DNA of 64,000 nucleotides from Batkoa obscura (Eukaryota): NCBI GenBank assembly GCA_030770535.1, contig JASVEC010000019.1, positions 310,001 to 374,000 of the forward strand, read 5' to 3'. Shown piece by piece: positions 1 to 12,528 of this stretch (position 1 is its first letter; each line of letters starts with the position of its first letter). The notes under the pieces were generated by a model. It saw only the letters and a program-made list of their open reading frames with translations, ran no database searches and was not told where the DNA came from. The position numbers and the translations under genes were made by a program.

Positions 1-479
1 TTTTGATGAAAATGAATATTGTTTAATAGTTTTTTTGATGGAAAAAGACATATTAACCTAGATGGAATGGAAATCAAACTTGAGTTCCATAAATAGTCAA
101 ATGAAGTGTGCTCTGTATTTACATGTTGTATTTATATATACTATAAACTGTGAAATTCGATCATTAATGTATTTATGTTTTTTTATTCTAGTTTCTAAAA
201 ATGATTCAAATTCATTATTGTATTGATAAAATTTACTTTTATTCAAGGGATAAAGAAACAATTCGGTTTCATAAACAAATAAACTTTGATGTAATAAATA
301 GGATCTTTTAAATAAAGGTAGAGGTAAAGCTTAGTTAAAGAAAAAGAGATAAAGATTAATAGGATCACAATTTTTTTATAAAGAGTGTCTTCCTCATTTA
401 ACTATTATTACTTAAATTAGTTTAACATTGTACTAATAAATTATATAATCAAGGATTTTTACTATGAGAATTATTAAAA

Positions 480-638
480 ATGAAAATGAATTTCTACTTT
501 TTAGTTATACTTTTTACTTATATCAACGCATCTCTTGCTTTACCTCAAGACTTTAACCAAGATTCCAACCTTAATGGCGATTATTCTCCGCCATCTACAG
601 AAATAATTCCATCTAGATATCGTATTGCTTTCAATTGA
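480..638 (+). CDS. Small secreted peptide, 52 aa (not in ORF track)
   Basis: Translated by hand: MKMNFYFLVILFTYINASLA-LPQDFNQDSNLNGDYSPPSTEIIPSRYRIAFN*. It has a hydrophobic signal peptide ending S-L-A, a TATATAA at 442-448, and higher GC than the flanks. Confidence 0.6.
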   Translation: MKMNFYFLVILFTYINASLALPQDFNQDSNLNGDYSPPSTEIIPSRYRIAFN

Positions 639-754
639 AAACACATTACTATTTCTATTTCTATTTCTATTTCACAGCATTTATAATTATAGATAAAATT
701 TATTCATAAATATTTTTTATTAAACGATACACATAGTCAAAACTTTTAACATAT

Positions 755-850
755 GAGGATGTTTTTTTGGGTTCATTACTTTTTCCATCTTTAAGCGCTA
801 TTTGAGTGGAAAAATTATTAGTAAAATTCTTAAATACAAAACACATCCCT
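755..850. mobile_element. ~97-bp MITE family copy
   Basis: Matches the consensus GGGGATGTATTTTTGTGTTTAAGAATTTTACTAACAA...AAAAAACACTCCC; flanked by ATAT on both sides. Confidence 0.85.
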
Positions 851-903
851 ATATTTAGTCTAATAATTATAGCTTTATCAAAATTCAACCTTAAACAAGG
901 TAT

Positions 904-1001
904 GGGGCTGTTTTTTTTAGTTTCATTATTTTTCCATTTTTTAAGCGCTATTTATGTGGAAAAATTGTCAGTAAAATTCTTAAATACAAAAATACATCCC
1001 C
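904..1001. mobile_element. ~97-bp MITE family copy, TSD GTAT
   Basis: GGGG...CCCC termini with direct repeat GTAT at 900-903 and 1002-1005. Confidence 0.9.
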
Positions 1002-1294
1002 GTATACATAAGTAGTTTATTATGCACTATAATTATTCTAGAACTTATTTTAATATAATTAAATAATAAACCATTTTGTTTTATGTTTTTAAGCAGTTTG
1101 ATAATAAACTTCCAAATTCAGTATTGAATATTAAAAACAACGGAAATAAAATTTGATATAATTTGATATAGACATTAAACATAAATAGACTTATTGACAT
1201 GAAAGTATTTATTTTAATTTTAATTTGGCTATTATTTTAAAAGTAGTAATTAACCTAGCAAATTGATGATAAATAAGGTTGTCAAAATTAATAT

Positions 1295-1388
1295 AGGGTG
1301 TGTTTTTTGTTTAAGAATTTTATTAATAATCTTTCTACTCAGATAGTGCTTAAAAATGGAAAAAGCAATGAAACCAAAAAATATCTCT
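1295..1388. mobile_element. MITE family copy (opposite orientation, decayed)
   Basis: Core TTTAAGAATTTTATTAATAATCTTTCTACTCAGATAGTGCTTAAAAATGGAAAAAG matches the family. Confidence 0.8.
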
Positions 1389-1807
1389 GTATTTATTTAG
1401 AGGATTTAATATTTTTTAGTTTTTTAATTTTGTAATCATAAGAATCCAGCTTCACTTTACGATAGTACAATATAAACTAAACTAGCGGAGAGGTTATTTC
1501 ATAAAAACCTAATTCCTCCAACAACCATTTATTATGTATTTCTTTATTCTGATAAATAAATTTACAAAATTCCAAATATTAGAAAGTTCTGATTTGATTA
1601 TTTGAGTTTAAAAAACCTCTTTTAACCAGGTATTTTCGAAATTGCTAACAAATCGGGTAAAATTGGGGGAATTTTGGGCTAAATTTTAATTAAGCTTCAG
1701 CTTAAATAAAAATCCAGTTATACTTGAACTCTTTTTCTAGTTTAGTGATAATTTTCGTAATCAAATTATTTATATAGCTACTTTTTTTAGAAGGCTGATC
1801 GTTATAT

Positions 1808-1904
1808 GGGAATATTTTTTTGATTTCATTACTTTTTCCGTTTTTAAGCACTACTTGAGTGGAAAGATTGTTAGTAAAATTCTTGAACAAAAAAATACAT
1901 CCTC
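1808..1904. mobile_element. MITE family copy
   Basis: Family consensus with ATAT flanks. Confidence 0.85.
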
Positions 1905-2239
1905 ATATCTTAGTTGAATTTTGCCATTATTTTTTTAAGTAGTTAATTTTGTCTCAAGGTTTAGAGCATCTGTGTCTACCAAACCTAAGAGAAAAGCCTA
2001 GATAAAATTAAATTTAAAGCAAATTTTTTTTTAACATAAAACAAAGTTTGAAATTGTTTTTTCAATAAGTATAATCTATTATAAAAATAAGAAAAAATAA
2101 TAATAAAAGATATAATTTTATTATATATAAAAAAAAGATTAAATTTGTTATTTTAAAAAAAAGTTATCCACAACCGTACAAGTATTCCATACTTAAAAAA
2201 ACATTTAACATAAACTATCACCTTTACTATCCCAATTTC

Positions 2240-4780
2240 TTAATCATCTCTTCTATTTTTCTTTTTAAACCAAATAAACTTATGTGATGCTTTAGGCTTT
2301 AAGATTGTATGGTTAGGGTCGTTTGGGTTAGAAGCTTGAGAATTAGAATGACTCGAAGGAGTAGAAGAATGACCAGATTGAGCATCGCTAGGTTTCATAC
2401 CATTTTGCATACCAAAATGATGAGCGTTACGAATACTTAACATTCTTTCACGTTCTTTATAATCCTCAGCTAATAAGCGATCTAATGGGGTTAAACTTGG
2501 GTCTTTTAAAGGTGAACGATTAGCTAAAAAGGAAGGAGCGTTGCTGTCTTTACTAGTAATGGATAGATTGGAATCATTAATAAATTCTTCAGCTTCTATG
2601 TTACTTAACCCAAGACTTAATTCAGATTCAGAGGGATTACATTGTTCATCTACACTATCATAGCCATTATTATTAGCTTTACTACTGTGAATGTTGGCCA
2701 TTAAGTAAGGCGGTAAATTGTTTTTGGAAATACCCTTAGGGCTTGCAGAATCTGCTGGTATAGCTCTTGATTTTAAAAATTGAGAGAACCGATTACCACT
2801 GGATTTACTATTATTGCTTTGATAACTTATCACTGGTTCCTCAGCTTCTAATTTAGGTTGGACTTGTAGGTTATTGTTATTATTAGAAGTTAAATCCCTT
2901 GCCTTTTCTTTCAAACTATTCTTTCTAAAGCTTAATTTAGGGAAGCCTTTGCCTGATAAATTAGACCAAAATGAAGAGGATGTTTTGGTGGTATTGATAG
3001 ACCTCGTACCAGATTGCAAAGATTTTGAATTCGATTTAACGTCATTAATATCAATTTCTCTCACTTCTAATTCAGATATACTTTCAAATGCATTCTTCCA
3101 GCTTTCACTGTCTTCCCTTGATTCCACATAAAGATATTCAGTAGATAATTGAGCACCATTACCTTGAGAGATCCAAGAGCCTACTTTATTAGGCAATGAC
3201 CTTGTAGATGACAAAATAGATTTAAAATCAGAACCTTTCTTTGAGCCTGCTACTTTTTTAGCTCCATTTAAAACAATACCAGGTTCCTCTTCCTGACTTG
3301 ATTTATCCGTTATCCTAAAATAATATTTACCAAGATTGGAATAATGGGCTATTTCAACTGTATGTAAAGAGATCACTTTAGCTACATTTTTACTTTTATC
3401 AAAACGATCCGATTTATAACATGATAACTCTTTTCCTCTTAATACAAAATACCTTTCACGGAATGAATGAGTTACTGGTGCACGACGAAACATATATCCA
3501 GCTTTAATTCGCATTGATCCCCTAGATATTCCTTGGTCGCCACTATTCATAGAAGTGGCATTAAAAGAACGTTGTGTTTTTAATTCACTATCAACACTTG
3601 TACCACTTTCACTTAAACTATTAGAAAATGTACGTGTGATATTATTAGCCTTATTAGTTAATTGATTTTGTGTTTGATGAGCCGCACAATGATCATTAAC
3701 TTCACGATTTAATGTAATTAAAATACGTCGCCAATGATCTAATTCTTCAACTGAAGTAGCTCTTAACCACCAACATTTTTCAGAATAACGTAAAATTAAG
3801 CACGATTCTTTAGTATCTGGAGAATTTGGAGAATCAACACTAGTTTCTTGAACTTGAAAAGGTCTAGATAAATCAGCACTACCAGCAGGATTGCTATCTT
3901 TCTTTTTTTTAAAATACCAAATACCTCTACCTTGTACAATAAACCATCTTAATTTCCAACTTGGAGATATACCACCTTTCAATTTATACATATAACCTTC
4001 AGCATAATGTTCATAATACAATGAAGGTTGTATAAATATAAAATCGGATTTTTTTTGTAACTCTAATATATCTAAATGTCTCAAATTATAAGAATCCAAT
4101 CGACGAAAATCATCTAACCAATGACCAGCTCCATTCCAAAATAAAGAGTAATCGCCACGCCAATTATTATCAACAACTTCATTTTGAATACTTAACCTTT
4201 TACTACCTTTATCTTTGGAATTTTTATCTTGTATTAAGCCACTCTCATCCGAATGGATAGATAAATTACTTTTTATTAAATTGTTATTTCCATTATCTTT
4301 GCCATTTGGATTCCAAATATTACATCTTAATAAACAAATATCTCTAGCTTGACTAACAGTTATTGAATTGGGAAAACTTAATGTTTGCCAAAGGTCCTTA
4401 GCTACATAACGTATTTTTAATTTAATAATTGGATCACTATGGGTCATTTGAGGTTGATGTGACATAGCAATAAAACTAGCTGGTAAAACCTCAATTTCAT
4501 TCTCAAGATCATAATTATTATCCATATTATCCGTTATTTCCATTGTTTTTGTTGGCGATATATGTAAGGATGAACTTGGTGTCATTGTATTATCAGTAAG
4601 TTTTGTTTTGGTAATAGTAATATCAATCTCGTTGGGTTTTAAATTATTAAAATGCACCATTTCATTTTTGGAATTGGGTGTATCTGGTCCGCTAGACGTA
4701 GAAGAAGTAGGTGAATGATTAATTGATGCTTTTAATTTGGTATTTTCATTCGTTATCGAAGCTTCAATGGAGGCTATCAT
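2240..4780 (-). CDS. Signalling adaptor: talin-F0-like ubiquitin-fold domain, two PH domains and a disordered tail
   Basis: 846-aa intronless ORF. PH1 runs EGYMYKLKGGISPSWKLRWFIV...LRATSVEELDHWRRIL and PH2 runs KAGYMFRRAPVTHSFRERYFVL...YVESREDSESWKNAF. The N-terminal LKIRY...GHWLDDFRRLDSYNLRHLDILELQKK resembles talin F0. Confidence 0.85.
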   Translation of the reverse strand: MIASIEASITNENTKLKASINHSPTSSTSSGPDTPNSKNEMVHFNNLKPNEIDITITKTKLTDNTMTPSSSLHISPTKTMEITDNMDNNYDLENEIEVLPASFIAMSHQPQMTHSDPIIKLKIRYVAKDLWQTLSFPNSITVSQARDICLLRCNIWNPNGKDNGNNNLIKSNLSIHSDESGLIQDKNSKDKGSKRLSIQNEVVDNNWRGDYSLFWNGAGHWLDDFRRLDSYNLRHLDILELQKKSDFIFIQPSLYYEHYAEGYMYKLKGGISPSWKLRWFIVQGRGIWYFKKKKDSNPAGSADLSRPFQVQETSVDSPNSPDTKESCLILRYSEKCWWLRATSVEELDHWRRILITLNREVNDHCAAHQTQNQLTNKANNITRTFSNSLSESGTSVDSELKTQRSFNATSMNSGDQGISRGSMRIKAGYMFRRAPVTHSFRERYFVLRGKELSCYKSDRFDKSKNVAKVISLHTVEIAHYSNLGKYYFRITDKSSQEEEPGIVLNGAKKVAGSKKGSDFKSILSSTRSLPNKVGSWISQGNGAQLSTEYLYVESREDSESWKNAFESISELEVREIDINDVKSNSKSLQSGTRSINTTKTSSSFWSNLSGKGFPKLSFRKNSLKEKARDLTSNNNNNLQVQPKLEAEEPVISYQSNNSKSSGNRFSQFLKSRAIPADSASPKGISKNNLPPYLMANIHSSKANNNGYDSVDEQCNPSESELSLGLSNIEAEEFINDSNLSITSKDSNAPSFLANRSPLKDPSLTPLDRLLAEDYKERERMLSIRNAHHFGMQNGMKPSDAQSGHSSTPSSHSNSQASNPNDPNHTILKPKASHKFIWFKKKNRRDD

Positions 4781-7700
4781 TTTAGTTTATTTTATACTTT
4801 TTGTAAAAATAACTTTAGTAAAAAGAAAGTAATAAATATATTATAAATTTAGATATTATTATTCAATTCTAATAATAATATCACTGTTCCGTTTAATCAA
4901 ATTTGACTTATTGTTGGAATTAAAATACGTATATTAAAGTTAAAAAAGATGATTGTTATATGTTATAAAAAATATTATACAAAAGGAAGTTACGAGATAA
5001 GATTAATTAAAATTAAGTTTCAAGTTATAGATAAGTGATAAAGTATAATAATATATGTTTGCTTCACTTAAAAATCAACTATAGATTTAAAATATATAAA
5101 AGAGTAAATATAAACAAAAAGTAAAATCTTTTATTTTTTCTAATTTTTTTAACTATACTTTAAGGGTTTAAGGATATCTAAATCCTTCATCTTATGGGGT
5201 AAATTTAAGGGGTTAAAAAAATAGCTATTTTTCTATTCAATAATAATTAAGCAAATCTTTCTCATTAATTTTTTTACTAAGTTTCTAAAGCAAGTTTATT
5301 TCTATCGTTTAACTTTCTATCTATTTAATTCGTTGTCTTGCTTATCAATTAGCATAAGTTTATCTGTTTAAGGTAAAGGTAATTAATAAAATTAGTGATA
5401 TTTTTAAACATTCATGTCATAGTGTAAGACTTAACCTTTTTTATTAACATATTTACCCCAATACACAATGTAAATATTAAAATAAGCCATTGTTTTTAAT
5501 AGATTATATTAAACATCAAATTAACTAATAATATTGAGTACTATTTTTTAAAAGTCCAAAAAGCAAAACTATTAATATATTCTTTATTTAGTTCTATAAA
5601 ACCTTGGTGCAATATATCAAAGCCATGAAAACTTGAAGTTTATAAAGAACCTTTAACAAGTTAAAAAAAGCCCAGTTTCTTTCATGATCTCAGTTAACTT
5701 CAATTATTTTCAAAATTTCCGATGTTGAACGCCATTTTATTTGACTTTGAAATTTTTTCATCTCAATCTTAAAAAACTTTAACCCAACTTTCTTCTCAAA
5801 ATTACAAATAGCCCCTAAATAAAGACCATAGTGAAAATATTTTTTATTAATAGCATGACTATCATTCATGATGAAAGTGCAAATTTTATAGCATCAAAAT
5901 AAAAATACTGAGAAAAGTAATTGAAAGTATTATTTCTAGGACCCCAACAATTAGTAGAATTTTACATTGTTGACTTTTCCCACTCTCCCTTTTTTTCACG
6001 GATAGAGAAAAAAAGGGAGATTTTGATATATATTTCCTAAAGGGAGGGCAATATTCAATATGAAAATCGAGTTATTGTTAAAGGGGATTACTATTTTAGA
6101 GTAATAGTTATAGTTAATGAAAATAAAACTAGAATCTTATCATTTTATCGTTATTAAAATTAATTTTTTATAATCATAAATTAATTTAACGTAATATTTT
6201 AGGATAACATAAAAGCAATTTGTATTCCAAAATAATGTTACGTTACTTAAGTTTATCCTTTATTTTAAAAACAAAAAATTGTTGTAAGTTCAACTATTTG
6301 CAATTGAATTACTTATTGTATTTAGTTAATTAAAAGTAAACTGTTAGTAATATTTAATTGCAATTAATCGTTTAATAGGTTAATTAATCAGTTAATCAAA
6401 GGTTTTTTATTTTTTATTTTTTATTTTTAAAGGTTTTTACTAGTAACTAATAATAAATTAAGAATACTGAATTAATAAATTAGAAAACTTGTAGCTATTT
6501 CTTTAAAATAATTTCAATCATGCTTAATTCTATTTTTATTTAATATAAAAACTTACTGAAAACAGGTAATGAAAAACTGGCTAATACTTTTTTTTAAATT
6601 TGAAACTTTTAATATAAAATAAACAATAGTTTAAATATTCATACAATTTATAGTTTTTTTCTCATTTAATAAAACTAAAAGATATAGATACAACTTTAAT
6701 CGAATTTAAAATTACTTTTATCTTATTGTTACTATAAATCATTCAAAATCTCAAATCCCCAATCTACAACTTTAACCAAAATTAATTTTCTTTTCTCCCT
6801 ATCTTATTTGAATCCTCGCCCTCTCTACTTTCATGCTCCCAAAATAAGAGGGAGTTGATGAAAAACATGGGCTTAAAATAAAGGGTAAACAAGCTTGATA
6901 GAACATATTAAATTTACGTCATGTTTAGGGCAATTAATTTTAGTGTTTCTGAAGCTATCAATCAAGTATTGATGTGGCGAAATTAATTGCCCTAATTGTA
7001 GCTTAATTTTAGTGTTATGACCAAGTAAAGGATAACAACAATCAGTATTAAGTTTAAAAATTGTCAATTTGGAACTATTATAATGGGGAGGGTGAGGGTT
7101 GGGCTAAAGAATATACTGATACAAATTCATAGTTTTAGTATTAATAATAAAGCATTATATTTGCCTCTGATGAAATAAACATGAATCTTATCAGCTTCAA
7201 ATAAGCTATATATAAATTCAAAAATTAAACTATTATTTTGTTTTTTAAAATTAATAATAATACATTTTAATAAAGAAAAGCTCAACATTTATTTAGTTTA
7301 AATCCTCATGTCAACTATTGTTGTAAAAAGAATTCAATATAATAACCCATCAAATTATGCTTAGCCTGAGTAAAAAAGTAGAATTCTAGAATTAGTTGTA
7401 TTTAGAAAAATATATTTTAAAATAAATAATCTCCAACTAATTTAATTACCCCCAGTTTTAGTAACTATGAAAACATATTCAAAGTTGATAGAAATAATCA
7501 AAAATAAGACAATGACAATAAAGTGTTATGAGATAAATGAGTTTAATTAAACTAAGGTTTTTTTATAGTTTATTTGTTATATATTCATTTACTTATTTTA
7601 AAAGAAAACACATTTATTGAATTTAATTACATGCCCATTTACTTGATGTTCAGATTAATACTTTAAAATGTTTTAACGGTCAATAGTTTAAAATATTTAA

Positions 7701-8680
7701 TTAATGAGCATCAACTTAGTAACATTATTTAGTGAAATTATTGCTTATAAGTGTATTTTTTATAACTGTAATAATAACAATAACAATAATTTCATTAACT
7801 TTAAAAACAATAAACAGTTAAGACAGTAGTTGATACTAAATAGCTTGAACAAATAATTGGAATTAATAGTCGATTATAATATCAACGGGAGATTATTTAA
7901 GATATAAACTTAATCTTAGTTATTTGAAATAAAATCCATGGAAATTTTTCAAATATGCTAACTGTTAAAACTATTTCTAAATTTTATATGACTTGTCGAT
8001 ATGCTTATAGCATTTTATTTAATAACTCTATTAAAAACATAACTTAATAATAATTGATAATGATAGTAAATCATATTATAAACTATTAAATGATAAAACA
8101 TTTATTACCATAGTAATAATAATGATATTTAATATTGTCATTATAATAATCATTAAACTAATAGTTGTAAATAAAGTTTATTATTTATTAATTATGTTTT
8201 AAAGAATTTGATTTATTACAACTCTTTTTATTTCATTGGTTTAAGTAATAGCTAAAGTACCCTAAATCATGCGATTAAGGCGATTTGATATTATAATTTG
8301 TAACTACCCAACATTTAATGAGCTTCCCTTAATTTACCCCAAATTTAACCCTTAAAGTTAGCATATTTTTTTCAACATTTAAAACATAAGTTGAATGAAA
8401 AAAAATGAAAAAATAAAATTATAGATAATACATAAATTAGAAATTTTAATTAAACTTTTAACTCTTTTTTTTAACGGATAACTTGAATTTGGATTATTTA
8501 TCCTTTTTATCTTTCTTTAAAGTCTATTTTTTATATTCTAAAAAATTTATTTACTTTCTTTCTTGTTTATAATAATAACTCTCTCTCTCCTTTATTTATA
8601 AATAACCCTCAATTCATTGATTGATCCTCTAATTTATTGTCATTAATATAATAATAATAATAATAATAATACAAAAATAA

Positions 8681-10714
8681 ATGATCAATATGACCCGAGT
8701 TTTACCTGATAATTTAGCTACTACAATGGAAGATACAGTCAAAGAAAGTTGCAATAATAGCAACCTTCTTAATACAACTACTCTTAATACAACTAACAAT
8801 AATTTAATTAAAGAAGATAATACTAAATTCAATCAACGATATAGTTTAAATAAAAATAAAAAGAGTATGTTTTTTACAATGAAATCTAATTTGTTTCAAT
8901 CCATATTAAATTCCACATTATTAACTCCAAATACTCCACATACTCATACCATTAATAATTCTTCACCTCCTACTCTTCCTTCATTATCGTCGAATTCCAA
9001 ACGCTTCAGTAATTACTCTTTAAAAGAAAGTGTAATAAAAAATGAACTTAATGGACCTAATGATTTATTATCCTTACCTGCAATACGTATTGATGGTCCG
9101 ATGGAAATTAAGCTAAGACAATTAATTGATGAAGAGTTATATTTATATTTAAATTTGATTATGGGTCATCCTATTTATTATCCTGGGGATTCAAAATCAA
9201 ATGATACTATTCCTTGGCCCCAATATGATTTAGTTCATCACTCTGAAATTCAATATGAAAGTGTAGGTATGAATAACTCAGGAGGTAACGGAAATAGTAA
9301 TGGAAATAGTAATGGAAATAGTAACTTTAACAGTGTTAATAGTAATAACAGTGCTACTTTATTAACTAATAATATCACTACAGAAACAAGTATTAAATCT
9401 TTTAGTTTAAATGGAATGATTCATTTATTATCATGTAAAGGAACAACTAATAATGAGCTATTAAATGATTTTTTAAATGTATATCATTACTTTATTATAG
9501 ATGAAGATTTATTACGTATGATTGTTATAAGATATATTAATTCTTTATTATATCTTAATGAATCTGAAGAAGAAATAGAGTGGAATTTAATCATTCAATT
9601 AAAGTTATTAAACTTAATTAAAAAATGGTGTCAACAATATCAAAATAGATTTCACAGTAATTCAAATTTAGTTGCTTTTTTGACTGCTTTTTTGAAGTTT
9701 ATTCAATTAAATGATGAAAAGAGGGGCCTATTTATCGAGTCAATACTTTCTCTATTGATCGTTTGTAAAGAAAAAGGACATAGTAATAATTTATCAGCAA
9801 CCTTAAATAACAATAATAATAATAATAATACAATACCAATAACTCAAGGGCTAAAATTTAAATCTAGTTTAAATTCATTGAAATTAAATAGCATCTTTAT
9901 CCACTTAAAGTTCTATGATTTAGATCTTAAAGTATTTGCAGAACAATTAACTTTAATTGAACATGAATTGTTTTGCAAAATTCAAATTAGTGAATTATAT
10001 CAACAAATATGGAATAACAAAGAAGTAAGAGATTTGAAGGCACCTAACTTATTAAAATTAATTCAAATGTTTAACTTGATGGCCAATTTTGTAACAAAAG
10101 AAATTTATTCCTGCCATCATTTCAATGAACAAATGGAAATTATACAAAAATTTATCAAAGTAGCCAAATATTGCTATCAATTGAAAAATTATAACTCTTC
10201 TTTTGAAATAATTACGGGGTTACAAATGGTATTAAATGATAGGGACAAAAAACATTGGAATTCATTAAATAAAAAAGATAAGACAAACTTTAAAAAGTTA
10301 ACTCTGATTTTATCAACAAGAGAGAACTATCGTTACTATAGGGAATTATTAAATAAAACAATGCAAAATACAAGTCCATGTTTACCTTTCCTAGGTATTA
10401 CCTTAACCGATTTAGTGTTTACAGAAAATGGTAATTTTAACTATATGTTTCATACACCTCATCTAAACTCCAACAATCCTAAAGTATATTTCATCAATTA
10501 TAATAAGATGCGATTAATTTCAAAAATTATTAATCAATTATTATTATTTCAAAAATATCCATATAATTTATCACAAGATAGTCATTATAAGGCATTTATT
10601 ATGGCTAATATCTTTTCCAAAAAATTTACCCCAAATTCTCCAACGTCCAATTTATCGGCTAGTTCAAATGAGGATTCTATTAATTCTAATACTACTAATA
10701 ATTCTTTATCTTAA
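8681..10714 (+). CDS. Ras guanine-nucleotide exchange factor (REM + CDC25 homology domain)
   Basis: Motifs FAEQLTLIEHELFCKI, IQKFIKVAKYCYQLKNYNSSFEIITGL, PCLPFLGITLTDLVFTENGN and INYNKMR. Confidence 0.93.
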   Translation: MINMTRVLPDNLATTMEDTVKESCNNSNLLNTTTLNTTNNNLIKEDNTKFNQRYSLNKNKKSMFFTMKSNLFQSILNSTLLTPNTPHTHTINNSSPPTLPSLSSNSKRFSNYSLKESVIKNELNGPNDLLSLPAIRIDGPMEIKLRQLIDEELYLYLNLIMGHPIYYPGDSKSNDTIPWPQYDLVHHSEIQYESVGMNNSGGNGNSNGNSNGNSNFNSVNSNNSATLLTNNITTETSIKSFSLNGMIHLLSCKGTTNNELLNDFLNVYHYFIIDEDLLRMIVIRYINSLLYLNESEEEIEWNLIIQLKLLNLIKKWCQQYQNRFHSNSNLVAFLTAFLKFIQLNDEKRGLFIESILSLLIVCKEKGHSNNLSATLNNNNNNNNTIPITQGLKFKSSLNSLKLNSIFIHLKFYDLDLKVFAEQLTLIEHELFCKIQISELYQQIWNNKEVRDLKAPNLLKLIQMFNLMANFVTKEIYSCHHFNEQMEIIQKFIKVAKYCYQLKNYNSSFEIITGLQMVLNDRDKKHWNSLNKKDKTNFKKLTLILSTRENYRYYRELLNKTMQNTSPCLPFLGITLTDLVFTENGNFNYMFHTPHLNSNNPKVYFINYNKMRLISKIINQLLLFQKYPYNLSQDSHYKAFIMANIFSKKFTPNSPTSNLSASSNEDSINSNTTNNSLS

Positions 10715-10869
10715 ATCATTTTTTTTATTTCTTCTTCTGTCTCTTTAAAATTATAAAATCATTTTTATATATATAAATTATAACAAACTTATTTATATTA
10801 TTAAATAAAATTTATAATGATCCTATTTATTACTTTATATCATCCTTTATATAATTACTTATCTTCTAC

Positions 10870-11807
10870 TCATAGCCTTAGTAAAAATTGAATCATTATT
10901 TTACCAAAACAATATTGATCTACATCTATTGTCTTTAATCTGTCTTCAATTTCATTCACTTGTTCTTTCTTAAAGATCCCTTTCTCAGCTCTTTTTTCGA
11001 CAATTAAGTGAACAATACTATGAGTAAATTCAGGATGTCCTTGTATAGCTAATATTTTATCCTTTAATAAATAGCCTTGAATACCACTTACTGAACTTTT
11101 AGCTAAAATTTGGAAGTCTGAGGGTATAGTTACTACATGATCCTAAATTAAGATTGATTAGATGCTAAATAAATTTCTTTCATAAATCAATTACTTGATG
11201 CATTTGGTGAATAATCTGAATAAAAAGTAGAAAAAAAGATTAATCATACAAAACTCTATTAGTAAAAATAGAATACTTACTAACTTATCTTCCTGAGTAT
11301 TGAAGCATCTTTTACCCTCTTCCGTTAACTCAATTGGAAGTGGACCTACCTAATAAAAAAGTTCCAATTTAAACCTTATACCATCTATATTTAAAATTAA
11401 AATATATTTACCTCCCATCCTAATGAATTCTTTTCAACAGCTTTATCATCAAACACTCTCGCTAATAGTTGATGACCAAAACAAATGCCTACCCATCTTT
11501 TATTTGGTTCTTCATCTAAACTCTTTTTACAAAACTGAATCAAATCCAATATCCAAGTTTCATTTAAATAAGCAGAATACGAAGAGCCAGTAATAATATA
11601 GCCTTTTAAATCATTATTGATTGATGGTAACTCGCCCAATTTTTGTATATAATAAGGAATGAGTTCAAGTTTGGCATTAGGTTTAAGCTGGGTTAATGAA
11701 AGTTGAAAATAATTCTGAAAAATTTTGGAATAATCACCATAGAGTGAGACAACTGATGGAACTGGGTCGTCACAAATTAATAATCCTATTTTGTAACTGA
11801 TAGACAT
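10870..11807 (-). CDS. Class I glutamine amidotransferase-like protein (4 exons: ~11807-11411, 11350-11281, 11216-11195, 11142-10870)
   Basis: IITGS, nucleophile elbow GICFGHQ, HQDHV split across an intron, and IQGHPEF catalytic His-Glu in the last exon; GT-AG introns. Confidence 0.9.
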
Positions 11808-12528
11808 TTAATTGATGAGTTACTCTTTATATTATTATTATTATTGAAATGGTAGAATTTTAGAATAAAAGTAAATATTTAAAATTTCGAGATGAGTAAA
11901 ACAACTTGTGATGTCATTTCTGAAAAGAACCAATTAGATTTTAATATGAATTGTCATAAAAACTCATTATGTAGTTAAATAGGATCAATGGATAACAAGG
12001 ATATTAGATGGTAGAGAGGGTTATAAAGAAGGGATTTCAAATAACAGTAATAATAAAAAGAATTTATTAGTTGTTAAAAGAAGACAATGAATATTAAAGT
12101 TGGACTATTAATTTTCACCCAAGTCATTGAAAGTTGAAATTATTATACTTAGTTACTAATAATATTAAAATGAGATGGAAATAAATAACGTGACTACTTA
12201 AGTAGAATTTAAAAATTGAAACTTATAGGCCATGTTTTATAATGTTGGAATAGGTTATTAAATCAAATTAAATACTAAAAATGAAATAATTTTAAAAACT
12301 ATACTATTTAAATAAAATATCAAATAAATAGAAAGAACTTTGATTATTTTTACTATCAAAAATTAATAAACATAAAAATATATCCCCATAATATTTAAAT
12401 ATGTAACTTCAATTTAAGAATTTTGTTAGTAAAATTCTTAAACATAAAAATACATCCTCATATAGTTTTTTCGAAAAATTTACTAGCAATTTTTACTAAA
12501 ATTTATTTTCGATGAAAAAATTATTTTT

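Noticed and set aside
700..1890. Short similar ORFs (700-888, 806-1015, 1702-1890; also 30561-30773 and 44683-44904) that look like a peptide family
   Set aside because: They are chance translations through MITE copies, often with non-ATG starts.
2874..8832. ORFs 2874-3131, 6873-7067 and 8629-8832 (also 32869-33054, 42772-42957, 47724-48080, 50455-50670)
   Set aside because: Antisense to real genes or short low-complexity AT-rich frames with no motif support.
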